Shown here in pieces: positions 9,878 to 20,570 of a stretch of 64,000 nt of DNA. Position numbers and translations under genes: made by a program. The number at the start of each line of letters is the position of its first letter. The stretch's first letter is position 1. The notes under the pieces were generated by a model, which did not search any database, had not been told where the DNA came from, and saw only the letters and a program-made list of their open reading frames with translations. Source of the DNA: Deltaproteobacteria bacterium (lineage in GTDB: Bacteria; Myxococcota_A; Polyangia; Fen-1088); the NCBI GenBank assembly GCA_033763315.1, contig JANRKS010000028.1:128001-192000 (forward strand). Reading direction: 5' to 3'.

Positions 9878-10795
9878 ATGAATAATGCTCAGCGACCACT
9901 GTCGGGGTGGAATCTGAATTTGCTCGTGGTCTTCGAGGCTTTGATGGCGGAACGCAACGTCGGCAGGGCCGGCAAACGCCTCGGCCTGTCGCAGCCGGCT
10001 GTGAGCCACGCGCTGGCACAGCTGCGCGCCGACTTGAACGATCCCTTGTTCGTTCGCACGGCTTCGGGCGTCGAGCCCACAGAGCGTGCCTTGGCCTTGG
10101 TTGGCCCCGTGCAGTCCGCGTTGTCAATCATATCGATAGCCGTGGCGCCGCCCACCTTCGAACCTGCCAAAGCCAACCATACCTTCACCTTGGCCGCGAC
10201 CGATTTTGCGGAGTTCGTTCTGTTGCCAAAGCTGCTGGCACACCTGGCACGCGTGGCGCCTTTTGTGCGGCTGCAATTGCGGGCGTGGCCACACCATCGC
10301 GTGCCACCTTTCCTCAGCACCGGCGAGGCCGACGTGGCATTGGGCTTCTTCGGCGACGTGCCGCCCGCGCACAACCAGTTGCCGTTGTTTGAGGACCGCT
10401 TCGTCTGCGCCGCGCGTAAGGGTCATCCCCTGGTGAAAAAGCGGCTCACCCTGCCCGCATACCTAAAGCTGAAGCACATTCTGGTCACAGCCGACCCACA
10501 GGCCCGCGGCGTTGTGGATGATGAGCTGGCAAAGCAAGGCAAATCGCGCGAGATAGGCTTGCGGCTTTCGCACTTTCTGATGGTGCCCGCGGTGGTGGCT
10601 TCCACTGATCTGGTGGCGGCACTGAGTTACCGCGTGGCCGAGCCCATGGCGGCCATCTTGCCCTTGCAACTTCTGCCACTGCCCTTGCACGTGCCCCGCG
10701 GCAGAGTCAGCCTTGTGTGGCACGACCGTTTCACCAAGGCGCCCGCGCATATCTGGTTTCGCAACCAGATCAAAGCCGTGGCCGCCCAAGTCTGA
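9878..10795 (+). CDS. LysR family transcriptional regulator, divergent from yceI-like gene
   Basis: NLNLLVVF...LSQPAVSHAL..LR..L.DPLFVR HTH motif plus substrate-binding domain; start reassigned to ATG 9878. Confidence 0.92.
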   Translation: MNNAQRPLSGWNLNLLVVFEALMAERNVGRAGKRLGLSQPAVSHALAQLRADLNDPLFVRTASGVEPTERALALVGPVQSALSIISIAVAPPTFEPAKANHTFTLAATDFAEFVLLPKLLAHLARVAPFVRLQLRAWPHHRVPPFLSTGEADVALGFFGDVPPAHNQLPLFEDRFVCAARKGHPLVKKRLTLPAYLKLKHILVTADPQARGVVDDELAKQGKSREIGLRLSHFLMVPAVVASTDLVAALSYRVAEPMAAILPLQLLPLPLHVPRGRVSLVWHDRFTKAPAHIWFRNQIKAVAAQV

Positions 10796-10832
10796 ACGAA
10801 GCGCCTTGCTTGAACCTCGAAAGGAATTCGAT

Positions 10833-11102
10833 ATGTGCCGCAGCATCAAAACGCTGTTCAACTTTGAGCCCCCTGCCACAGATGACGAAGTGCGCGCGGC
10901 TTCATTGCAGTTTGTGCGAAAGCTGAGCGGCTTCGCCAAGCCCTCGAAAGCCAACGAGGCGGTCTTCGACGCGGCTGTGGCCGATGTGTTCGCCGTGGCG
11001 CGCCGCCTGATTGATTCCCTCGAAACCAACCAGCCTCCCAAGGACCGTGAATTCGAGCGGGTCAAAGCCAAAGAGCGCTCCCTGCTGCGGTTTGCCCGCT
11101 AA
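10833..11102 (+). CDS. DUF2277 family protein
   Basis: MCRSIKTLFNFEPPATDDEVRAASLQFVRKLSG signature; AAGGA SD. Confidence 0.85.
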   Translation: MCRSIKTLFNFEPPATDDEVRAASLQFVRKLSGFAKPSKANEAVFDAAVADVFAVARRLIDSLETNQPPKDREFERVKAKERSLLRFAR

Positions 11103-11175
11103 TGCAACGCTCGCGACGGCGGGTCAAGCCGAAGCCGACGAGACCCCGGGGCGCGCCCCTAAAGAGTTTTCGTGG

Positions 11176-11193
11176 CTGTCACGCAAATGTCAC
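11176..11193 (+). promoter_or_regulatory. Pho box (PhoB site)
   Basis: CTGTCAC-GCAA-ATGTCAC 11-bp-period direct repeat, 10 bp upstream of -10 TAGATT (11204-11209), in front of pstS. Confidence 0.85.
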
Positions 11194-11237
11194 GAAGCGC
11201 TTCTAGATTGCCCGGCGACATGAAGCGTCGAACGACA

Positions 11238-12074
11238 ATGAAGCTGAACAATCTGTTTGTGGCACTCGCCGCGGTTGTGCCATTGACCCTGGCCGCGGGT
11301 GCGGCACACGCAGGCGCGTTGACGGTTAAGGGTTCGGACACAATGGTGGTCTTGGGCCAGCGATGGGCCGAAGACTATATGAAGAAGCACGCAGAAACGT
11401 CGGTGCAGGTGACCGGCGGCGGCTCGGGCACGGGCATCAGCGCACTCATCAACGGCACCACAGATGTTTGCCAAGCCTCGCGGGCCATGAAGCCCACCGA
11501 GCAAGACAAGGTGCGCGAAAAGTATGGCGCCAACAGCGTTGAAATCCCGGTGGCCAAAGATGGCCTAGCCGTTTACGTCAACGCCGCAAACCCGCTGACC
11601 GAGATCACGATGGCGCAGCTCAAGGGCATTTTCACCGGCAAGATCCAAAACTGGAAAGAGTTGGGCGGACCCGATAAGCGCATCATCATCTACTCGCGCG
11701 AGAACAGCTCTGGCACCTACGTGTTCTTCAAAGAGCACGTCCTTGAGGGGGCTGACTATGCAGCCCGCGCGCAGACGATGCCGGGCACCGCTTCAGTGGT
11801 GAACGCTGTTGCAAAAGAAAAATTCGGCATCGGCTACGGCGGCGCCGCTTTTGCCAAGGGCATCAAGGTTCTTAAAGTGAAGAAGGACGCGGCCAGCCCC
11901 GCGGTGATGCCCGACAAGAAGACTGTGCTTGATGGCAGTTACGCTTTGTCGCGACCCTTGTTCTTTTACGTGCGCGCCAAGCCTGCAGGCGAGGTGAAGA
12001 GCTTCATCGACTGGGTGTTGTCGGCTGAAGGCCAAGCCATCGCCGCTCAGGTCGGATACTACCCGATCAAGTAA
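11238..12074 (+). CDS. pstS: Phosphate ABC transporter substrate-binding protein
   Basis: Signal peptide; KGSDT, GGGSGTG, ASR, RENSSGT, SRPLF motifs; Pho box upstream (alternative start ATG 11220). Confidence 0.92.
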   Translation: MKLNNLFVALAAVVPLTLAAGAAHAGALTVKGSDTMVVLGQRWAEDYMKKHAETSVQVTGGGSGTGISALINGTTDVCQASRAMKPTEQDKVREKYGANSVEIPVAKDGLAVYVNAANPLTEITMAQLKGIFTGKIQNWKELGGPDKRIIIYSRENSSGTYVFFKEHVLEGADYAARAQTMPGTASVVNAVAKEKFGIGYGGAAFAKGIKVLKVKKDAASPAVMPDKKTVLDGSYALSRPLFFYVRAKPAGEVKSFIDWVLSAEGQAIAAQVGYYPIK

Positions 12075-12095
12075 GACAGCACGGCACCGCCTGCT

Positions 12096-12827
12096 TCAGC
12101 CCAGGTTGTGATACACGTGCTGAACGTCGTCGTCTTGCTCCAACCCGTCCACAAGCTCAAGCACCTCTTGTGCTTTGTCTTCGGGCAGCTCCACGATGTT
12201 CTGAGGCACGTATTCTGAAAGCGCGGATTGCACAGCAATGCCGCGCTTTTCTATTGCCGCTTGAAGGGCACCGAACGATACGAACGGCCCGCGGATGACG
12301 ATTTGTTTTTCGCCCTTTTCGTTGGTGCCTTCGCCCAGCTCTTCGAGCCCTTCGTCGATCAGTTCAAGCTCCAGCTCTTCGAGATCCCGGCCGGCCACCG
12401 ACTCGGGGTTGATGCGGAACACGCCCATGCGTTTGAACTGAAACACCACGCTGCCTTCGGTGCTCATGCTGCCGCCGTAGGTCTTGAAGGTGCTGCGCAC
12501 GTTCGCCACGGTGCGCACAACGTTGTTGGTGGCGGTTTCAACCACCACGGCCACACCATGCGGCGCGTAGCCTTCGTAAAGCACAATGTCGTAGTTCTCA
12601 GCGCCTTGGCCGCTGGCCTTTTTGATGGCGTTCTCGACCTTGTCCTTCGGCATGTTGGCAGCGCGCGCGTTCTGCAAAGCGCGGCGCAAGGCCGGGTTGG
12701 CGTCAGGACTGGGCCCACCCGCCTTAACGGCAATGGCAATCTCTTTGCCTACGCGGGTGAAGGCTTTCGCCATCTTGTCCCAGCGGGCAAACATGGTGTG
12801 TTTGCGGGTTTCGAAGATGCGTCCCAT
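12096..12827 (-). CDS. yebC: YebC/PmpR family protein
   Basis: [38 protein letters not shown]. Confidence 0.93.
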   Translation of the reverse strand: MGRIFETRKHTMFARWDKMAKAFTRVGKEIAIAVKAGGPSPDANPALRRALQNARAANMPKDKVENAIKKASGQGAENYDIVLYEGYAPHGVAVVVETATNNVVRTVANVRSTFKTYGGSMSTEGSVVFQFKRMGVFRINPESVAGRDLEELELELIDEGLEELGEGTNEKGEKQIVIRGPFVSFGALQAAIEKRGIAVQSALSEYVPQNIVELPEDKAQEVLELVDGLEQDDDVQHVYHNLG

Positions 12828-12840
12828 AGAGCTTCCGAAA

Positions 12841-14112
12841 TTATCGCCTTGGCGCAGCCTCAGCAAGCCGTTCATGCTGCCGGCCAAGGTAAAGCGCGGT
12901 GCCCGCCCACAAAAAGGCCACGGGCACGCCCACAAACGCCAGGCCAGACAACGAAAGTCCGGCGCCGGTTAACCCGGTGGCCACCCAGCCCGAAAGCGCG
13001 TCCCCACCCCGGTGTACGAGCGTGTCGATGACATTTTTGGCCTGGTACTTGTCTTCGCTCGAAACGACTGTGAATAAGGCCTCGCGGCTGGGCTTCGAGA
13101 CGGCGAACTCACCCACCCGCCGAACCGCGCCGAACACCACCAACACCGTCAAGGTTGTGTGCCACCCCAGCCCGGCAAACCCCACGACCGACACCAACGG
13201 CAGCGCCACCAACGAAGCCGTCAGCCCCCACTTCGGAAGCACCTTTCCAGTCAGGGTCAGCTGCGCCACCAACGACACCACGTTCACCAGCAGATCTAGC
13301 TTGGCAAACAACCGCGTGCGTTCGGCTGACGATGCAATCGCCGCCTTCACGAGGCTGAGCTGTTGAAAATAGAGGAACGTTCCCAAGAGCGTGTAGCAAA
13401 CCAAGAACACGCAAACGGCCGCCAGGTACCGCGAGCGAGCGATGCGCACGATCCCTTCCATGAGACGCACACGCGGTGGGGCCAGCCGGCCCCGCTTCGG
13501 TGGCAAGTGCGGCACGAGCCGTGTGATGCACAGCAAGCTCAACAGCAGCACGCCTGCCGCCGCCAACAGCAGAGTGTTGGCACCAAGCCACGGCACCAAA
13601 GTGGCCGCTCCAGCCGGCCCCACAATGGCACCCAAGCTTCCGCCCGCGGAAATAAAACCGAACAGACGTTTGGCCGCGTCGGACGCGAACAGATCCGCCA
13701 TGAAACTCCAAAACACTGAGACAGCGAATAGGTTGAACACGCTCACGAACACGAAGAAGGCGGGCGCCAGCACAACGCGCGCGACACCCGATTGCAAAGC
13801 CGCAAAGAAGCCAAGCATCACGACGGCGCAGCCAAGGTAGACGGCCGGCAACAATCGCTGCGGCGGCAGGCGTTTCACCAGCCAGCCGAACAGCGGCACC
13901 AAAACAAGCATCGCGACGAAGGTCGCCGTTAACAAGTGCTGCACGCGGGCGGCGCCGTATTGGATGGCCATCTCTTCGCGCAGCGGCCGAACCAGGTAAT
14001 AACTGGCCAGAACACAAAAGAAGAACCCGAAAGACCACACCAACGGCCCTGTCTCCTCGGGACGCACGTCAACCACGCGACGCCAAGAGGTCGATCCTGA
14101 AGGCATTTTCAC
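12841..14112 (-). CDS. MFS transporter, NTP/NDP exchange (AAA/Tlc-like) family
   Basis: [24 protein letters not shown]...AKRLFG.I..GGS.G, KPSRE.LFTVV..EDKY.AK..IDT.V.RGGD. Confidence 0.85.
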   Translation of the reverse strand: MKMPSGSTSWRRVVDVRPEETGPLVWSFGFFFCVLASYYLVRPLREEMAIQYGAARVQHLLTATFVAMLVLVPLFGWLVKRLPPQRLLPAVYLGCAVVMLGFFAALQSGVARVVLAPAFFVFVSVFNLFAVSVFWSFMADLFASDAAKRLFGFISAGGSLGAIVGPAGAATLVPWLGANTLLLAAAGVLLLSLLCITRLVPHLPPKRGRLAPPRVRLMEGIVRIARSRYLAAVCVFLVCYTLLGTFLYFQQLSLVKAAIASSAERTRLFAKLDLLVNVVSLVAQLTLTGKVLPKWGLTASLVALPLVSVVGFAGLGWHTTLTVLVVFGAVRRVGEFAVSKPSREALFTVVSSEDKYQAKNVIDTLVHRGGDALSGWVATGLTGAGLSLSGLAFVGVPVAFLWAGTALYLGRQHERLAEAAPRR

Positions 14113-14184
14113 GCGCTGGTCTTATCACTTCGGGAGCCGAGACGACAGCAACTGCAGTGCAGCATCATCGGCGCCCCCGGGCGG

Positions 14185-14193
14185 TGCTAGACT
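14185..14193 (+). promoter_or_regulatory. Extended -10 element (TGcTAGACT), likely leaderless transcript
   Basis: TGnTAnnnT 6 nt before ATG 14200 with no SD; the same 14-mer occurs at 43007-43020. Confidence 0.55.
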
Positions 14194-14199
14194 TGCCCC

Positions 14200-14547
14200 A
14201 TGGGCATTCTGATTCGATTGGCAGCGCTCGCGGCCACGTTGCTTGTGTTGCAGACCGTGCTTCCCGGCATGCGGGTTAAGAGCAAGAAGACCGCGGTGGT
14301 GGTGGCCGTGGTGTTCAGCTTGTTAAACGTGTTCCTCGGCTGGTTGGTGGCGCTGATCTTGGTTCTGCCTGCGCTGTTGACGCTGGGGCTTCTCTTCCTT
14401 GTGTTTCCGCTCATCATCAACACAGTGATGTTGTGGATCACGGATCTTTGGATTGAAGACTTTGAAATCAAAGACGCCAAGACCCTGTGGATCTCGGCGG
14501 CGGCGATGACGTTGGTCAACGGGGCGGTGGCGGCGTACCTGCGCTGA
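14200..14547 (+). CDS. 4-TM YvlD/phage-holin-superfamily-IV membrane protein
   Basis: 115 aa, four hydrophobic segments, LTLGL...IIN..ML motif. Confidence 0.8.
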   Translation: MGILIRLAALAATLLVLQTVLPGMRVKSKKTAVVVAVVFSLLNVFLGWLVALILVLPALLTLGLLFLVFPLIINTVMLWITDLWIEDFEIKDAKTLWISAAAMTLVNGAVAAYLR

Positions 14548-15964
14548 TGTCACTGCCGTCAGTGGCGGCGGCCGTACAGAAGTTGAATTTCTTCATCATG
14601 CCAGGGGGGCGGACTCGCTGCCGCTGGGCGCGCCCAAACCGCGTGCTGAACGTGCGCTCCCACGTGGGGTTGCCCTTGATGAGATCACGCACCTTGTCCC
14701 ACGCCGCCACAGGCGCGAGCGCGCCAGCGGCGGGGGCAGGCATAGTGGTGGGCACGGCGCCGGCGTCGGGAGCGGGAGATTCTACGGGCGGTGGCAAAAG
14801 CGCGACCAGGGCCACCAGATCTTCAACAATCGTGGGATCGCGATGCGCCGCGTGTTTTGGGTTTGACAGCACCTCGGTCGCCGCCGGCACCATCACGGAG
14901 TCGCGCAAAAGAGCCTGATCGCGGGCATCGATCTGACACCACAGCAGGCGCGCGTGGATTTGATTCACGGCGCGTGACACTTCGTGGCGGGGCCGCAACA
15001 AAAGGTCCTTGAGTGTATCGGTGTAGTCGCCGTCAGATTCAAGCACGGTGCTCAACATGAAATCCACCAAGCGAGACCGGCATTCAGCGTTGCAGGATGA
15101 GCCGAGCATGTACGTGGAAAGCCATTTGCGCCGAGCGGTGTGAAAGGCGTCGATTTGTTTGGCCTCCGCTTCGCTCACCAGTTCCCCGGTGCGCGCCGTG
15201 GCCAAAACCAACGCCGAAACCAAGCGTGCGCCAGGTGAGAACGCCTCAAACTTTTCAATGTCTCGCCAGCGACGGTGTTCGTAGGTGTCTTGCAAATAAG
15301 GCTCAAACAACCAAGCGAGTTTGCTTGGCATGGCCTGCACCTCGTCCTCATTGAGCAGCAGCGACATCGGTCCGGCTTTGGCTTCTTTGGTGTTCACCGT
15401 TCCCATGAGCTCATCCTCAATCAACGCCGAGATGGCCTCGGAACGGTCCGAGAGTTTATCCCCCTTGCAAACCTCGGCGTCCTTTTCAACGCCGTAGCGT
15501 TCGATGCAGGTAAGTTCATAGGCTTGTGCCAACTGCAGGTAATTCTTCTTGTGCGTGTTGGCCAGCACCGTGCGCATATACGAGGCGTTTTCCTTGCCCA
15601 GCTCCAAGGCATAGGAAACCGCCAGCTCAGGATCCAGAATGTCCGCACGCGTGAGCGACAGCAACACACCGAATTTGCGATCGGTGTTGTTCTCGCCTTG
15701 CGCCGAAAGGACATCCAAATTCTTGGCCAAGATATCAGCCCGGGCGATGCGCCATTCATTGTCGGCCTTGGCCTTCGTGATGGCTTGGTCTGAGGCCGCC
15801 TGCGCGCGCGTGATCTCAGACTGCCGGTATTGCCAAATGCTGGTTGCCACCAAACCCGCCACGCCGATAACGAAGCTTGAAAGGAAGCTCGAATAAGATT
15901 GGATGAATTGTCCTAAGCGGCTGGGCTCAGGTTTTGAGGGTGCAGATTTATCTGTGTCGGCCAC
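14516..15964 (-). CDS. Membrane-anchored hypothetical protein (single N-terminal TM, coiled coil, helical exported domain)
   Basis: 482 aa ORF with strong GGAGGTGA SD; TM at about aa 24-45; several Cys; Pro/Ala linker near the C-terminus. Confidence 0.75.
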   Translation of the reverse strand: MADTDKSAPSKPEPSRLGQFIQSYSSFLSSFVIGVAGLVATSIWQYRQSEITRAQAASDQAITKAKADNEWRIARADILAKNLDVLSAQGENNTDRKFGVLLSLTRADILDPELAVSYALELGKENASYMRTVLANTHKKNYLQLAQAYELTCIERYGVEKDAEVCKGDKLSDRSEAISALIEDELMGTVNTKEAKAGPMSLLLNEDEVQAMPSKLAWLFEPYLQDTYEHRRWRDIEKFEAFSPGARLVSALVLATARTGELVSEAEAKQIDAFHTARRKWLSTYMLGSSCNAECRSRLVDFMLSTVLESDGDYTDTLKDLLLRPRHEVSRAVNQIHARLLWCQIDARDQALLRDSVMVPAATEVLSNPKHAAHRDPTIVEDLVALVALLPPPVESPAPDAGAVPTTMPAPAAGALAPVAAWDKVRDLIKGNPTWERTFSTRFGRAQRQRVRPPGMMKKFNFCTAAATDGSDISAGTPPPPR

Positions 15965-16056
15965 CGGGGTTCACCTCCCAAAAAAGCGAATCCCTGGTCA
16001 TACTCCGCCCGGGCGCTTCCGCCCAGGGCCCCCCGGCAAAAAGGCCAGCGCTCGAC

Positions 16057-16752
16057 TTAACGGCCGCGCACTTTCACGGGCGCTTCCACTGAGTACGGAC
16101 GGCCCGTACGCGGAAAGCGCCACCGCTGCGACACTTTCCGCAGACAAAGCTCCAGTGGCGAACCACCGAGGGATGCTCCTTGCAACGCGACGGCAGGCAC
16201 GCGTCCTTTGGCATCGACCTCAACCACCAAGGTGCCCTCGGCTTTCATGTCCGGCATGAGCTTAAGCTGTCTTTCGACGCACTTTTGCATATCAGCCTCA
16301 TGGGCCATGATGACAGACCGCAACTGCTGATCGGCGTGCTTACCCGTTCGCAGCGCAACGCCCCCACGCAACGGCACGGCTTCCACCGGCGCGATGGCCG
16401 CGGTTGAAACGAAGACGGCGCTTGTGGCCTGGGGGCCGGTTGCGCGCGACTCACCAGCTGCGACTTTCTCGGTCACAATGGTTTCCTTGGGCGGCGGCAG
16501 CTCGACCACGGTGGGCGGCGGCGGCAGCTCGACAGATGGAATGGGCGCGGCCGGCACCACCACGGCAGCCGGGGCGGGCGTGGCGGGGGACGTTGACGTC
16601 ACAGCGATGGACGATGGCGGCTGCGGATCGCGCGAGGGACGTGCAACGGCGACGGCCTGCGGTGCTGTTTCAAGCAAACATCCGCCGAGCATGAAAAGGC
16701 ATGCGGCCGCAGGCCACGCCCAAACCATCGCTTCACGATCTTGCTTCTTCAC
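16057..16752 (-). CDS. AgmX/PglI C-terminal (TonB_C-like) domain lipoprotein
   Basis: Lipobox LGGC, Pro-rich linker, C.ER.LK..P...G.L.V.V...G.V...L..CL......WRFP pattern. Confidence 0.75.
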   Translation of the reverse strand: MKKQDREAMVWAWPAAACLFMLGGCLLETAPQAVAVARPSRDPQPPSSIAVTSTSPATPAPAAVVVPAAPIPSVELPPPPTVVELPPPKETIVTEKVAAGESRATGPQATSAVFVSTAAIAPVEAVPLRGGVALRTGKHADQQLRSVIMAHEADMQKCVERQLKLMPDMKAEGTLVVEVDAKGRVPAVALQGASLGGSPLELCLRKVSQRWRFPRTGRPYSVEAPVKVRGR

Positions 16753-16839
16753 AGCCGCACGATCTTGCGTGCGCAGAAACGTTTCCGCCCCACAGTTCCG
16801 AAACAGTTTCGTTTCAACGCGGGGCAGCCAAAGAAGCGG

Positions 16840-17612
16840 CTATTTCTTCAGGCGGTATCCCGTCTTGAACATCCAGGCGACCACCACCAGCAACGCCAGC
16901 AAGAAGGCGGACGTCGCCAGCAGGCTGATGCCCACCGCCACGTCTGCCGTGTTGTAGAAGCTCCAGCGAAAGCCGCTGATGAGATAAACCACGGGGTTAA
17001 AAAGCGCCACCGTGCGCCACCCGGGCGGCAGCATATCCACGGAATAAAAGGCGCCGCCCAAGAACGTGAGCGGCGTGATGACCAACATCGGGATGAACTG
17101 CAACTGCTCAAAGCCTTTGGCCCACACGCCGATCACGAAACCAAACAAGCTGAAGGTGGTGGTGGTCATCAACAAGAAGGTCATCATCCAAACCGGGTGT
17201 TTGACCTGCACAGGCACGAAGAATGCGGCCGTCGCCAAGATCGTTAAACCCAGGATGATTGATTTCGTGGCGGCGGCGCCCACATAGCCGATGATCATTT
17301 CAACAAACGAGATCGGCGCCGAAAGCAGCTCGTAAATGGTTCCAGTGAACTTCGGAAAGTAAATGCCGAAGGAAGCGTTCGATATGCTGGCTGTAAACAA
17401 AGAAAGCATGATGAGGCCCGGCACCAAGAACGCGCCGTAAGGCACCCCATCAACCTGCGACATCCGCGAACCAATGGCCGAGCCGAACACAACAAAGTAA
17501 AGCGACGTCGTGATGACGGGCGTCACCACGCTTTGCACGACCGTTCGGCGAAACCGTGCCATCTCGAACTTGTAGATCGCCCAAACGCCGTGGTGGTTAA
17601 AAGTGAGGGTGC

Positions 17613-17616
<4 letters not shown>
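16840..17616 (-). CDS. ABC-2 type transporter permease (YadH-like)
   Basis: [43 protein letters not shown]; coupled to the ATPase. Confidence 0.92.
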
Positions 17617-18551
<935 letters not shown>

Positions 18552-18602
18552 GGGTGCGCAAGATAGCGCGAATTACCTGCGCCGGCAGCGCCCACGGCAA
18601 GT

Positions 18603-20393
18603 TTACGGAATCGCTTCGTTCAGCATCAATGCGCGCACGTACTTGGTGGCCGGGGCTCCGTAGGACAAAACTTGATCGTGGTAGCGCTTGAGCAAAAACC
18701 CAGAGCCTTGTTTCGCTTGCACGGCGTGGCGCAGGTCCCATTGCTCTTGTAGGCCAACAAAATACGTGGGCAGTTGCGCTGACGTTAACTGGGCACGCGT
18801 CCACTTGCCGGCCGCTTCACGCTCCTGCTGAAACGTCTGCCGCACCATTAGATTCATGGCTTGTTCCCGCTCCCAACCCTGCACATGCACCCCGTAGTCC
18901 AGCATCGCGTTCGCGATGGCGCGCAAATAGAACTTCGCTTGCACCAAGCGAAACAGCGGATCGGCATCCAAATAGCCCTCGGCCGTCATCATCTGCTCGG
19001 TGTAAACCGCCCAGCCTTCGGCAAACAATCCTGATCGCAACACAGCTCGCAGCAGTGAAGGATGTTCAGCCGAATGCACACCTTCAAGGTAATGCCCTGG
19101 CATCGCCTCGTGAATCGAAAGCAGATGCATCATGCGCGTGTTGTACTCGCGCAAGAAGGAATCCGATTGGGCTGCGGTCCAATCCTCAGGGATGGGCGAG
19201 ATCGCATAATAGGTGGCTTGGCCCTTATCGAGGGGGCCAGGCGAATCGCAGTAGGCCACGGCCACACCACGCTGAAATTCGGGCATCAAGATCACTTTGA
19301 CCGGATCGTTGGGCACCGTGACAAGATCTTTGCTGCGCACGAACTCCGTGGCTTGCGCCAAGGTTTGTTTTGCGGTCGCCACCACCTGGTCGCGCGCGGG
19401 CCGATCGGCATACGCGTATTCGAGCGCGGCTTCAATGAGGCTTTGCTGTTGCGCTTCGTCGGCCTGCGCAGGCACCGCGGTGCCTGGCTGCTTTTGTTTT
19501 AGGACCTGCACCGCCAGCTTGAACATTTCCGAACGCACGCGCTGCAGTTCACGCTCGGCGCGGGTGCGAATCTCCGCGGCTGACAATGACGAGTCCAACG
19601 CATAAGACAGCTTTTGGGTGTAAAGCGCGCCGCCCAAACGGAAGTCGCCGCGGGCGCCAGGCACGAGCACTTTCTCGATCCAGGCTTGATGCACAGCCAC
19701 GGCGGCCCGCAAAGTGGCGATGGCCGCCTTCAAGCTTTCTTGTTGTGGTAAGGGCAGGTCGGGCAGGGATGGCACCACCAAATCGTCGACGATGCCAATA
19801 ATTCCGTGGTTCTGCTTCGCCACCGTCTCGGCATGAACTTTGGGGACGCGCGCCGGATCAAGGTTGGCCCTGGCCTGCGCGAGCAAGGCTGGCATCTTCT
19901 GCATGCGGGCCGCGGCCGCGCGCATGCGGACGGGCAAGGGCGCGAATTCGCGCGCGAGCAAGTTGTAGATCGCGTCGCCCGCCAGACGGTTGTAAAGCAG
20001 TGGATCGGTTCGCCATTCCTGCAACAACTCTTCGTTGAACAGCGCGCTGTGCAACTCATTGCGAAGAATACGCGCGTCCACCTGGTTTTCGCGGGTCAAC
20101 TGCGCGGTGTCGATGCCTTGCAGTTCAGCCAGGATCGCTTTATCGAAGCTGGTACGCGCCGCGCGTCCCTGCGCACTTAAGTCGTCAACCTCATCATCGA
20201 AGCGATGGTCCCCGTACCGTGTGGCCGAAATGGGACTCAGCCGCATCAGCCCGTCGAGCCAATGGTTGGTGAGGTTCGCGAACATAACGTTTGCGTTTTG
20301 ATTCGGCATCGCATAGTCCCCCGTGCGTTTTTGTGACGGCCCCACACACGCAAAGGTGGCGAGGGATAACAGGCTGATGAAGAGTCGTTTCAT
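18603..20393 (-). CDS. DUF885 family lipoprotein (putative metallopeptidase)
   Basis: Lipobox TFAC; HEAMPGHY and FAEGWAVY motifs; start reassigned to ATG 20393. Confidence 0.9.
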   Translation of the reverse strand: MKRLFISLLSLATFACVGPSQKRTGDYAMPNQNANVMFANLTNHWLDGLMRLSPISATRYGDHRFDDEVDDLSAQGRAARTSFDKAILAELQGIDTAQLTRENQVDARILRNELHSALFNEELLQEWRTDPLLYNRLAGDAIYNLLAREFAPLPVRMRAAAARMQKMPALLAQARANLDPARVPKVHAETVAKQNHGIIGIVDDLVVPSLPDLPLPQQESLKAAIATLRAAVAVHQAWIEKVLVPGARGDFRLGGALYTQKLSYALDSSLSAAEIRTRAERELQRVRSEMFKLAVQVLKQKQPGTAVPAQADEAQQQSLIEAALEYAYADRPARDQVVATAKQTLAQATEFVRSKDLVTVPNDPVKVILMPEFQRGVAVAYCDSPGPLDKGQATYYAISPIPEDWTAAQSDSFLREYNTRMMHLLSIHEAMPGHYLEGVHSAEHPSLLRAVLRSGLFAEGWAVYTEQMMTAEGYLDADPLFRLVQAKFYLRAIANAMLDYGVHVQGWEREQAMNLMVRQTFQQEREAAGKWTRAQLTSAQLPTYFVGLQEQWDLRHAVQAKQGSGFLLKRYHDQVLSYGAPATKYVRALMLNEAIP

Positions 20394-20570
20394 ATCGTAT
20401 GCGACCATGGTCGACGGCAAAGCGAAACGATACCACGCTTTGACGCACGGCTTTTGCGACACCGGCCCTCGTCCCCTCGGCGTTCGTGCGCGGCGCGTGG
20501 GCGGGCAAGCACAGCAGGCGCGCCCGCGATCCACTTTGCTTGGGCGCGGGCCAGACCTCTTAACCGCTAC

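Noticed and set aside
14200-14547. Holin-family gene as evidence of a prophage
   Set aside because: YvlD-type 4-TM proteins are common chromosomal genes; no endolysin, structural or integrase genes nearby
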